Below are positions 24,869-37,167 of a stretch of 46,327 bases of DNA, piece by piece; within the stretch, counting starts at the first letter, position 1, and every line of letters begins with the position of its first letter. The stretch comes from Seison nebaliae (lineage: Eukaryota), in contig JALJEE010002203.1 in assembly GCA_023231475.1 (NCBI GenBank), positions 62,001-108,327 on the forward strand, given 5' to 3'. A program made the translations under genes and the position numbers. The notes below the pieces were generated by a model, which was given only the letters and a program-made list of their open reading frames with translations, had not been told where the DNA came from and did not search any database.

Positions 24869-26131
24869 TTACAAAGTATTCGCTAACGCTCTCAAATTAG
24901 CATCGGGAACTAACATATCCGCTATATTCCACACACGAATACAACAATCGTTATTGATGGTATATAAGAGTTTAGATGTGATGGCAATTCGACCTTTGAT
25001 GACTCCATTCTTCAATGAATGGAATGTAGCTCGTGGAAGTCGATCTTTATCTTTGATGTGACATTCATGACAATTCTTACAGACTCTCACTGAAATCTCA
25101 TAACCCATGGCAGGAAGTGTTGAACGATGTGATGAGCATGTATCGCAAACAGCCGCACCACATCGACGACAATGATGTTGTCTAATTCCGATACATCGAT
25201 CAGACCACATTTGTCTAATATTCCAGAAAAAGGGTCGTCCACATTGTTCACATATGTCACTTTTTTTCCATTCGACAATTTCTTCTCGTCTCGCATACAT
25301 ATCCCAAATGCCCACCACACCATCCGCCGATATCGATAACAACAATTGAGTTTTCAAATGCATTAGAACATAACGGATTTCTGAACCGTGTCCATGTAAT
25401 TGAACAGATTTCCCTTTCTGTCCACCAACATCCCAACAAATTACGACATTATCAGCACCGCCACTAATGAGCCATTGTTTAACTGGTTCCCAAAATAGAG
25501 TTCTCACTGACGATTCATGTGCTGCTAATTTCGATACAACTGATACTGTTCGTGTTTGTGAGATAAGTCGTAGAATTGTTATCGATCCATTATCTTCACC
25601 AATGAATACGTATTGAGTATCATTGTCATGTCGGAGACATTGGGGAGTTGAATCGAGAATATGAGTACAACATTTACTTTCCGCATTGACATCACTCCAA
25701 ATGAACATTCGATCCTTCCCACCAATACTTAAACATTCATCAATATCAGCTAGAAAAATGATGGAAGTGATCGATTCACTATGACAATAAAATGACGATA
25801 TTTCTTCCACACTATTGAGATCAGTCGGAATTTTAAATTTGATAATTTGTCCATTATTACAACCCACCAATAATAATGATGTAGCTCGTGAATAGAAGAG
25901 ACTCAATCCGATCGAAGGAAGAAATTCACAGACTGATGGCCAAAATGAACCATTATCTCTTTTTTGCCAAATTCTCAATGATCGATCGTTCGATATTGTC
26001 ACAATCGCTTCCGTTTTATTTATGGCTATCATATCATAAAAATCAATCGTCTTCCCATCAATCCTCTCCAACATGTGGGCGCCTTTGCCCGTTACCGCCG
26101 CTCCACTATTCATCGAAATTAAACTGGACAT
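24869..26131 (-). CDS. WDFY2: WD repeat and FYVE domain-containing protein (WDFY1/2 orthologue), intronless
   Basis: DRSLRIWQKRDNGSFWPS, several WD40 repeats, and a FYVE domain CEQC..PFFWN...RQHHCRRCGAAVCDTCS...VRVCKNCH inserted before the last WD repeat. Confidence 0.95.
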   Translation of the reverse strand: MSSLISMNSGAAVTGKGAHMLERIDGKTIDFYDMIAINKTEAIVTISNDRSLRIWQKRDNGSFWPSVCEFLPSIGLSLFYSRATSLLLVGCNNGQIIKFKIPTDLNSVEEISSFYCHSESITSIIFLADIDECLSIGGKDRMFIWSDVNAESKCCTHILDSTPQCLRHDNDTQYVFIGEDNGSITILRLISQTRTVSVVSKLAAHESSVRTLFWEPVKQWLISGGADNVVICWDVGGQKGKSVQLHGHGSEIRYVLMHLKTQLLLSISADGVVGIWDMYARREEIVEWKKSDICEQCGRPFFWNIRQMWSDRCIGIRQHHCRRCGAAVCDTCSSHRSTLPAMGYEISVRVCKNCHECHIKDKDRLPRATFHSLKNGVIKGRIAITSKLLYTINNDCCIRVWNIADMLVPDANLRALANTL

Positions 26132-26312
26132 AATCTTATTTCAAAAAGTAGTTTGTCGAGATGAAGATGGAAAAAGTATTTTTTTCTTCAAATTAATCTC
26201 CAGTCTCTTACACGAAAAATTAAAACGATTTTATTTTCTAAGAAGAGAAACGAAAGAACAAAATTAAATTTTCATGTTTCACAGTCGATCGTTAAATAAA
26301 TTTGAGAAGACA

Positions 26313-26322
26313 ATCACGTGAC
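26313..26322. promoter_or_regulatory. Extended E-box (ATCACGTGAC, USF/TFEB CLEAR-like) in the WDFY2-PRCC divergent promoter
   Basis: The motif is seen about 180 bp upstream of the WDFY2 ATG; its function is inferred only. Confidence 0.3.
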
Positions 26323-26957
26323 ATTGAGAGGGAAAGTAAATATTTTGGGAAATTATTGTCGTTTTCATCGATGAAATTTCAATTAAACTTCAATTCAATT
26401 CAAAGAATAAGTTAATGGAGAAATAAATGAGAGAAAAAAAGAATATTTATTTGATGAAGAAAATAAATTTCATTTCATTTCATTTCATTTATTTATTTAA
26501 CAATTTAATCTCTTCCAAATCATTTCCTAATAAATTGACAATATTACATTGATTATTTGAGGTCAATCTGAGGTGTCAGAAAGGAGAACATGAGAAAGAA
26601 TAAAAAAAATATATTTATTGAATAAAAAATTACACGAAATTGAATTCATTGGACAATTGATGAGGAAAACAACTTTACATTTCATAAATCCTTTCTCGAT
26701 CTGTCTTTTCATCATTTTTTTTTTTGTTATTTACATATTGACACTCCAATAAGAGAATAACAATAACCAATCGGACATAAAATTATATTGGATGTCCATC
26801 TCTTACGCACGTACCCCCCTCACAGAAACTAATTAATTATTTTAAGAAAACCAATTTATTTTATTATTCATTCATCAACAACTCCCTCATTCGATTTGCT
26901 TCATCTATTTCTTTTTCAAATTTTTAGTTTCATGTTCAAAATTTAATTCAATAATTA

Positions 26958-28040
26958 ATGTTGTCATTAGTCAATTATTCTAGCGACGACGATCATGAGG
27001 ATGATGAAGGAAATATAAAGAAGAAAGTGAATAAAAAAGAAATTGTATATTCTCAATATTTACCTGGAATTCCTAAATTTAAATCGATTTCTAATCAATC
27101 AATCGATGTGAATGAAGAAGAGAAACCGTTGGAAGATTTCGTAAAAAAATCAAATATTCCTTATATGAAAGTGAAAGGAGAGAAGAAAAAAATAATTATA
27201 ACATTTTCAAAAGAAGAGAATGAAGTGAAAGAAGTGAAGAATGTGAAGAATGAAAATCTCAAAAAATCGACAAATCGATCGAATCTTTTAAATTTATTGA
27301 AATCAATTCCAATTCAAGAATCGGAAGAAAATCATTCGTCAGAAACGAAAGAAGAAACAAATAAATTAAATGATATCAAATCACAACTAAAAGCGAAAGA
27401 AGAGAAAAAAGATTCGACATTAAAATTTTTAAAAGACAAATTAGAACGAAATGAATCGAAAGTGACAAATAGAAATTATTTCTCATTACAAAATCATTCG
27501 ACTGATATGTTCGCAGCAACCGGTGCTAATGATACTAATGTCATACCTATCGAAATGTTACCATCACGTCCGACAGACGAAGAAGTGACGAAACAGAATG
27601 AGATGGACGAAAAACGTAAAAGAAGGATAAAAGAAGAAGAGAATCAATCAATCGATTTATCGAAAGACGATGAAGTTTTTGAAGATTTCTTTTTGAAAAA
27701 TTTTTTTATATTTTATTTTCAGGCATTTTCAAGTATGTTACCATTAACTGAGAGGAAGAAGAGGAAGATTGAAGACGTAAAGAAAGAAGTAGAAGAGGAA
27801 ATAAATTCGATTGATATGGCGAAAGTGGTTGAAGAGAATGATGAATTGATGTTCAAAAATTCGACAGAAGAACAAAATGAATATGCTGGAATACAAGTTC
27901 CTGGTGGTGTTGGTCGAAGAAAAAATCAGATCGCTTATCTAGCACAAGTGGCTGTGATAAAGAATTTCGAATTGAAACAGAAATGGGCATCCGAACGACA
28001 TAATCGTCGTGAAAATCGAAAAAAATATGGTTTCATGTAA
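26958..28040 (+). CDS. PRCC: PRCC (mitotic checkpoint / spliceosome-associated factor), 2 exons, ~344 aa
   Basis: N-terminal MLSLVNYSSDDD and C-terminal RRKNQIAYLA...ELKQKW...RRENRKKYGF. There is an in-frame 48-nt intron at 27675-27722 (GTTTTT...TTTCAG). Confidence 0.9.
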   Translation: MLSLVNYSSDDDHEDDEGNIKKKVNKKEIVYSQYLPGIPKFKSISNQSIDVNEEEKPLEDFVKKSNIPYMKVKGEKKKIIITFSKEENEVKEVKNVKNENLKKSTNRSNLLNLLKSIPIQESEENHSSETKEETNKLNDIKSQLKAKEEKKDSTLKFLKDKLERNESKVTNRNYFSLQNHSTDMFAATGANDTNVIPIEMLPSRPTDEEVTKQNEMDEKRKRRIKEEENQSIDLSKDDEVFEDFFLKNFFIFYFQAFSSMLPLTERKKRKIEDVKKEVEEEINSIDMAKVVEENDELMFKNSTEEQNEYAGIQVPGGVGRRKNQIAYLAQVAVIKNFELKQKWASERHNRRENRKKYGFM

Positions 28041-28268
28041 AGAAGAAATTGATCACCGGAAATATAAAATTTTATTGAAAAGAAAACAAATTATCCATTT
28101 TCACTTTCTTTATCGATCGGTCGACGAAACAGAATTTGATAAATTTTTCAAATTGTCATTGTCCGAACTATGATATGAATACGCTTGTGATTTGGATGAA
28201 TTTTTTTTTGTACAAAAAATTTCAAATTGTCTAACTAAGAAAATTGTAAAATGAAAGATATGATGGTA

Positions 28269-30207
28269 TTATGCATCGACGTTTGTCGTCGACAAGATTT
28301 CCAATGGACGTTTTCCTGACACTTTATCCTTATTCTTCAATTGGAGAGATATTGTGGCATATAAGGGAATTTGTGCCAATGAATTTCGATAAGATAATCT
28401 CGAACGTTTTTGATTTTTCGATTTTAACATTTTCCGTTTGGTCTGACTGGAAACGATTAACGTCGGTTTCCTCAAACTGTTCACACTACATCGATAATTG
28501 TTCGTGTTCAATGAATTTGAATTGCCATTATTGAGTAGATTAGTCTGATGGTTTATTGGTGATTTTTTCAATTTTTTGTTTTTATATCTCTGACTGTTTA
28601 AACGTTTCGAATAATGTGATTGTTGACTTTTCCCATTAAATCCATTTAAACATTGACATAACGGACAAGTGGCTATCGCTTCATATAACCGTTTCATACG
28701 ATCTTGGAATGCGTCATGAATGAAAGCATAAAGAAACGGATTAATTGCTGATGTACATAAGGAGAGGAGATAAGCATAATATTTGATCACATAAAGAACT
28801 TCCGATCTTTGTGGAAATGATTCAGGGAAGCAGATATACCAAATATTGATGATATGTGATGGAGACCAACAAGTTGCGAAAACGAGAGTAATTGTCGTCA
28901 CCAATCTCGTAATATGTTGTCGTCGGATCAATGCTTTCTTAAAGAAGTTATTCTATAAAGATGGAAATGAATTAAAGAATATAAAAATATTCCATCAATT
29001 CTAACCATATGATCAACCAAAGCATTATTGACTTTCCGCAAATATAAAATGATTTTCACATAAGAAATCGTAATTACGATAAGAGGCAGAATGTATGATA
29101 AAGTAATCAAATAGAGAATTGACAATTTACTCCATTTTTTAGCGGTTAATTGCATTTCACATGAGGTCGTCGTATGCGAAATATTTATCATCCGATTATC
29201 CATCATAATACTCTTCATCAACTTCCCTTCTCTTCCATCGACAATGGAATCATTTTTTAAATTCTCATTCCATTTCGGACGAATTGACACCTCTTCAATT
29301 CGAGTGGAAAATTGAACTAGATCACTAAATATCCAATGTGGAGTATACAGAATGGCAGAGGCTGAAAAATAAATTAAAAATTTTGAAAAATTAAAATTTT
29401 TTTATTTCCTACAAAAATAAACGAAACTTATCCAAATTGTAGCGCAAATGATTATCGCATTTTTTGGCGTCCTAATTTTCGCACTTGAATAATATTTGAC
29501 CACTGCTAAAAATCGATCGACCGTCATTGCTGCCAATGTCAAACATGTCACTTCGACTGTTACCTGAAAATGATAATTTGAAGGAATAATTATAAAAAAA
29601 AGCAAATAAACATATGAAAGGAAAGTTCGAGTTTTGCAAGCGTAGACACCGAAAGGCCATCCATTAATCGCATTCGTCTGTAATACATAGACAGTGGGCG
29701 TACTACAAATTAGTAGTAAGAGATCGGAAACGGCCATATTACTGATGAAGACGAATGTGACTTTCTTACACGGATTTCTTATAACGAATAAAACAAATAA
29801 ATTTCCTGAAATTTTGAAAAATTTTTAAAAATTAAAAAGAAAGAATAAAGAAGGAACAAACCGATAATTCCGATACATATGCAAATGTAGAGCAACGTGA
29901 TACAAATCATCATTGCATGATCAGATCCCGTTTCCGATCGATGTTTTTTCACATATTTCCAATATGAATGTCCACTATTCCATGCGTCCATTAAATTGCC
30001 ATAATTCTCTATCATTACACTTCCATTTACTAATTTGCCACTGTAATCCACTTTGACTGGTGTCTTCATTTTCTCTTGGATCAATTTCGCTTTGGCCTGC
30101 GCCAACAAATCGTCACTGATACTGAGGGATTCATTAATCTCTTTGAAGGATGGAAAGATCGAATCAAGAAATTGAAAGAATGTGTTGTTCGACAATAATT
30201 TCTCCAT
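28269..30207 (-). CDS. Rhodopsin-class neuropeptide GPCR, galanin/allatostatin-A/kisspeptin receptor-like, 5 exons, ~571 aa
   Basis: Exons 30207-29862, 29805-29612, 29563-29428, 29361-29006 and 28952-28269. Motifs GIIGN, NMAVSD, WPFG..ACK, TLAAMTVDRF, IRTPKNA, YILPL, CWSP and NPFLY are present. Confidence 0.9.
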
Positions 30208-33207
30208 ATTTCGTTAATTATACGATGATGAGACACATTTCCAAATCGACTTTGATAACTCTAGACAGAAATGGGAAATATTGTTAAATAGTTCGATGGA
30301 ACATTTTCTGTGGGCGTGAAAAAAGATTTTGTTTTTTTTTGTTAGAAAAATGTACAATCTCAAATCAATTTCAGATATCTTCCCACTAATAATTTTGCCC
30401 TTCATTTTCTCCTCAAATAAAATTTTCATGACAAATATATCATTTGGTATGTTAATCATATGTTAACATTTGCTATATATCGAAATGAGAAATATTTTTA
30501 CGTAATTGCCATGATGGCCATGGATGTTTTATATTGGGAGAAATTTACCAATTATTTAGAAAGGGATGACCTTTTACAGATTATTGGAAGAATGATATAA
30601 AACATGAATATTTTGAAAGAAATTTTTTCTTCCATTATAAACGACAGATTCGATTGGGCTATTGTCGTTAAACTCCCATAAAGTTATAAAAGTTGCTGTT
30701 ATTCTGATTATGTTTTTCTTGCAAAATTATCGTACAATCTTCACATTCATTCATTCTCATAACTTTAGTCATCTTGCCGAACCATCACCAATACTGCACA
30801 ATTATTCATACGACATTCCGATTTGATTGTGAAAGTGCTAATTGTATTACGTCGAATAAAAGAATGATGATTATGGTTGTGATTAACATCTGTCTCATCG
30901 ACAATGTTCGATATATTGATGAGGAAATTATGCAAGAATATTTTTACTTTCACAATTATTAATCGTATTGTATGATTCAGACGGAACTGTGATTACAATT
31001 GATATTATTCACCTCTACCATCTCTCACCCTCTTACTGACATGAGAATGCTATTAATAGTTATGATTAGAAATAAACTACAATCGTTAATCGTAATAAGT
31101 TTCCTCTCAAAAGAATAGTTTCATATTTTCTCTGGGAAATACTTATATGATAGTAAATCCTTAATTTTACTTGGAATATACAAAAACTATTTTCAACAAC
31201 TTCTAACACATAAATAGTATTCGTCTATTATGTGATAATCACCTGAAAACTTTTGTAGAAAATATTTTAAAACGAATAACTCATTCGAGAGACATTAGGA
31301 AGCAGCTTAACTTCGGACAAAGCAAATCCGTCCAAGCGAATTATCAGGGAAAGATGAAAGAATGGATTCTCATACTTTCTCTCCACCAAGAGGAAGGTGA
31401 ATAATAAATTCATGTTAATTAAGAAGAATATGAAAATTATGAAATTAGAAAACATTTAATTCTGTGTAGAATCACCTTCACAAATTCTCAAGATTATACT
31501 CGACAATTTAATTGTGAAAAGGGATGGTAAATAAGTACCACTTCATTTTGAATATTCAAAGAAAAATATTAATTGAAATAATTAAAATTGTCGATTGGAA
31601 AAAAATCCATTGAATAAAATTGAAAATTATTCATTATGTGCACAATTGAAGCACAATCGAAACACAAGAGTTTTGTTAAATATGAACATATCTTTCATTT
31701 CATCTGAAAGGATTCATTCCACTTCCACTACATTAGATACCACCAAAACATGTAATAAATTATTGGTTAAATTATGGTAATTAATGGGCGGAATTATGTC
31801 ATTATTGGCATATTTCCTTGTCCATTAGTCGAATAATCTGACATCAGTGCATATAGCCTATGTATTTTTATTGAACAACATTATTGCGAACATTCTCAAC
31901 TTTCTTCCACAATTTTCTTGTGAAAATAATTAATGAGCAATTAATTGTTAGTTCTGATTCACAATTCCCTTCAATTGATTTATTACATGTGGAATTGAAG
32001 TTATTCAGATTACTAATGTTTTTCTCACCATCATCAAATTTCTACTTGGGAATCACATTTTCGAACATAACACTTCGGGGAAAAGGTGAAACGTCTTTCC
32101 CATAAATCTTCTAACACACTTAATTCATTAAGCTAGAGTGAGATGCTAAAGGTGCACTTTTGATGCATTGCTTTCAACAGAAGGAAAGCAACAAGAAAAA
32201 CATGATTAAATTGGGAAATTATTGTTTATTTTCACTCATATTATCGAACAAGATTTCCTTTTTCAAATCTATGATTAGGACAAATTATGGAAAATTTTAT
32301 AATGAATATCAATCAAAATATGTTTGATTACATCAGAACTATTATCTGTCTAAATAATTTTGAGGGATGAAAATGATTTCGGTTCATTGATATTTTATAA
32401 GATATGCTCCAATTTGAATGAGAGATAGGGAGAAGTGTACAATCAACATTATCTACTTTTCTACATATTCATTATCGTATGTTCTATTCTTATTACATGA
32501 AATACGTTCGAAGTACGGCCATAGTCGTTTGTGAAGGCTATTTTATAATTTTCTACTTAATCATCTTCAGACTCTCCGATTTTCTTTACTTTCCTATCAA
32601 TATCTTAAAGCATTTCATTCCTTCAATCGTCTAACATTTTATGCATATATCTTCTCATTCGCCAACTTCGAAAATTCTCCACTTACTTCCCGATACTTTA
32701 TTTTCCCAATTAGAAGTTGTTTGCTTAATTCACTTTAGAGATACTTCATATATCGTTCAGAAAAAACGGAAGGAAATTGCACAAATATCATTCCCACTTG
32801 ATTGTCTCGTATCTTATTTTTTATCATATTAAATTCATTTCACACAACCTTACCGTCATACGAATCCAAAATAACGTTGTCAATTAAAATGAAACTTTAA
32901 AGAATCCCCAAATGACTTACCAAATACTACATCGGATGTGCATATATTTCACTTCAATTAATTATGATTCTTAATTGAAATTATTTATATTGTTCATGTA
33001 CATTAGAGGAATGCGTTGGACGATGAATATATTATACAGGTTGGAAACATATCCATTCTCCTCTCTAAAACCCGAATAACAATGACCAACATTCTCGATT
33101 CCTATGTATCTGTCATCATAATGAAACAATTGAACATTCACTTTAGCACTAACGACTTTATCTCCTTAACATATCCATTAACAGCGATATCGTTCAAGTC
33201 GGGAGAC

Positions 33208-33357
33208 AGACAATTTGGAGACTCGACAATTCGTAGATGTGCCAATTCGGAGACGCGACAATTCGACTACATATTAGGTTTTAGTTATTAGGGAGTCTCT
33301 GAATTGTCGCATCTCCGAATTTGCACATCTCCGAATTGTCGAGTCTCCGAATTGTCT
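33208..33357. mobile_element. Foldback/MITE-like element: 57-bp inverted arms built from 16-bp subrepeats around a TTAGG-like core
   Basis: 33208-33264 and 33301-33357 are reverse complements with 4 mismatches. The subrepeat is GACAATTCGGAGAYNN and the spacer contains TTAGGTTTTAGTTATTAGGG. Confidence 0.75.
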
Positions 33358-36300
33358 TTCGTTCCATTAAAGTCATCAACACGCAATAGTCTAATAATAT
33401 TAATTGTAAGAACTATATAAGTAATGGTAAGAATGCCATAAAAAAAATAAGATTCAAGATAGAGTTAAAGGCGAGTTATACATATTCACTTTTATTCATG
33501 CTATTCTCAGAAATTAAAATTTAGATGAATCACACAAAAACAATTAAGAAAAAAAACTTAAGTTTAAGTTCCATAATCGAAAATTATTAAAATTATGCAC
33601 ATTGCCTCGAAAAAACTGTATGTAATTTTGAAAAAAGAAGAAGATGTCTCCTTAGCAAGGTTGAAACCGATAATCAATTTCCCTCGAACGATCTTAAGAT
33701 TGAACATTATCGCACTCCTCTTTCCTTCCACTATTATGAATACATTAATCACATTAATTTATTCTTTCATTAGTTGGACGTTAAGATGTTTTAAGTGATC
33801 ATAACTAAGTTCTTGTTAGGAAATGAAAACATCATCCAAGAAAATTAAATAACACATAAAAACAATCAGAAGATTTCCATATACCATGATTTCCTTTTCA
33901 GATTAAGATAAGATGACAAACAACTAAACTTTACTTGGAATATAATACAAAGAAAAATAATTTCTAATAAACTATTTAAAACAAGTAAACTTTCTTAAAT
34001 TAATTTACAATTGTTCTCGGATGATTTTCGTCAGCGAAGTCATCGAAATAATCTGAAACAATAACCATTATATGGACGATGAATTTTAGATAGATTTTTA
34101 TAATAATTCTGTTAGTAAAAATTTAAAGGTAAAAAAATGACATAGATTCCAAACAATGGTCCATCATATTAAAAGATTATTCATATTAAAAGGGTGTACA
34201 TCGGTTAAATATGAAATTCGTTTGGACTATTGGAAATTTGATGGACTTTTGAGATATCATTTCATATAGAAATTGAATAATCGCCCTCGCATAAATATAA
34301 TTATTATATTACTCATTTCAAGTACAACTAGCGAAAATACTGTTGGAACGAATTAAAAAAAATTCAATTTTAATCTAAAATTAGTAATTCCATTCTATCA
34401 TTCCATCATACAAGTAACGGAATGTCAATATACTTATAAGTAAATTAGATATTTATGGAGAATAATTAATTCAATAGAAGAAGGAGGAACGAGAAATTAT
34501 GAGTAAATGTTGAATATTGGATTGATAAGAAAGGAGAAAGAAGATTTATTGTATTAAAGAAAAATAATTATATGTATTAACTATTTCACCTGTAATTGAG
34601 AGAAAACAACATTTATATCGATCTATTGGACGTTCCTCCCCTTTGATTAAACATTAACTTTCATATCGGGAATGAGAGCATTATATTTGCTCAAAACTCA
34701 TCTTTTCTTATCGAATAATTGGATATCTTTAAATTATTCATATACAACAATCATCACAACATATATAACAAAAATATTCTTTTCAAAATATCATTCTTTC
34801 CTTATTCAGTCTATGTAGCATAGTTCCAATAATAGATACTATCGACGATTGTTTACTAAATTCATTCTTAGACTCACTCAGTGTTAAGAAGGACTTTCTA
34901 TTCCGGATATTCTTCTTTGAATAATAATTACATAATCATATTTAACATGAAAAGAAGAAAAAAATGGAAATGCACTCATCCTTTCTATGATTACAATGTT
35001 CGACTTAGCTAACTTATATATTTTTCTTATCATCATATTTCCAGTACATTTTCTAAAATTAAAAATATAATATAAAAAATTTTTAATTTTATTAATTTAT
35101 CATCATTTGTATTTGAGTAATCATTTCACTAATCATACTAATGTCTTTTCATCTCGTTATTCTAATAACTCATTTTGAACAAGAATACTTTTGACTTTTT
35201 AAATTATTCTCTGATGATTCCGAATAGGATTCTTTTAAAAAATAAAAGCATTATAGCTAACTAATTTGTTCAAATAGTTAAAATCGATAGCGGTTCATAA
35301 ATGAATTGTGATTATAAAAATTCATTATACATATCAATTGTCTTTAGACTGATTGAAATTAGAGCGGAAATTAATGAAAACGCGGGAATGGAAATTGTTG
35401 AAACATAAATATCTTACAAGTGTCGTAAATATCTTAAAATTTTATTTCACCGACTAAAGCTCTGAAAAGACGATTGTGTCATGTGGAATATTATTTTCGA
35501 AATTCATTTCTAAATACCATTTTGCTTCAAAAATTATATTCAACCTTAATTTAAATACATTCTCATACTCATCAAGGAATTTGTTGAATTGATGAAGGAA
35601 ACAATTTACGGGATGTATCCTAAAAATTTCATTTCCATACAATCATACCAGACTTAATGAGAATTGCATTGTTAAAACCTGAAATAATTGGACACTTCCA
35701 AGTCAGTTACATTCAAGTATAGATTAGTGTCAATAAAAATTGAATCATGTTAATATTTGTATATTACATAAAAAATGATCATGTCACATGTTGATTAGAT
35801 GTCAGTTATTTCACATTTGATTCAATCAGACAGTAATTGATTAAAATAGGGAATAGGTGTCGCTTTGTCCGATTATCGAATTATTCATTCTGTGGATTTA
35901 TTCTTTCTAAATAGTATAGAATAAAATTTTCTATGTTTTCCTAATTTATACCGAGATTTTCCTATTAATATTTGTCCATTCAGCCATCATCGAAAAACGG
36001 AAAACATCGAGAAATGTCTTATTTCTTCGCCATTCCATCAATTCCAATCCAATACTTACATATCGTAAATAAGTTTTCATCGAATTGTTAAAGAAATTTA
36101 ATGGAATTGAGATTGGACGTCAATTACAAAAAAAGAAAGAAAAGAAATTGATAGAAATCGAAAAATAGTTCCATCGTTTTTATTTTCCGATGAAAAATTT
36201 TAATTAGTTCAACTTATCGTAATTTAACACTGATTATTTCTGGGAATTATATCTTAAAAATTTAATTTCAATTTCAACTGTTTCATTTCATAATTCGGAT

Positions 36301-37167
36301 AAATTCACAGGGAATTAGCAGAATCTTCTTCCTAAAAATTCTTAAGAAACTTCCTCACTCCCTACTGTGCCACCGATATTTGGAATATTCTTTCAAAAAT
36401 TTATTTCTTATGGAATTGCTTTAAAATTGGGAAAATTTCCTCGTTTTTTGCACCGCCAACATCAAATGAATTTTCTGCTTCAAACAATTCGTCTGATAAT
36501 AGGGAGAATTTTGAATTGAATTAACTGAATTTATGAATATCTGACAGAGAATAATGGAAATCATAAAAGAATATTCATATTTTTATCATAATCCATATGA
36601 TATTTCCTGTCCGAAAAGTCCAATCGAAATTTCCATCGAATAAAATACAAATTTGAAGAATTTTCTTTCAGTAAAGATTATCTATCTAATTTACGTTCAG
36701 TTAATTCCATTCATAATATAGTGATGGAATGAAAATTATTATGAATTCATATGAAAAATATTAATAAATTTATGAAATTATAAAAAAAGAAATTTTTCCT
36801 ACGAAAAATTGACAAATCACATTGAGAAATAGTGTGAGAATCGGAATAGTTTAATTTTGTTTTTTCAATGTCCATCAGCTATAAAGTATGCACATATTAA
36901 ATATTGACGGAAAAGTAATATATAAAAGAGTTTTTTTTTATTAAGAATTTATAAAAGAATTGACGACTTAGCAAATGTGATTTGACTTAAGGTCAAACGA
37001 AATTGACATTAATCTCTTAGGAAACAAATTCCTCATAATCTGGAGATGATAATATTTTTTTAATTTCGACAATGTCTTATGAATTATATGAAATATGGGG
37101 GAAGATATATTAATGAGATTTCTCAACAATAAGGAAAAATAAACAACGTAAATGGAAGGAAAATATA

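Noticed and set aside
33208..33357. CRISPR-like array
   Set aside because: Eukaryotic context; the repeats are contiguous and inverted with no unique spacers.
35454..35642. HPVNCFLHQFN resembles the CxxH motif of hAT transposases
   Set aside because: A single short motif with no flanking DDE context or TIRs.
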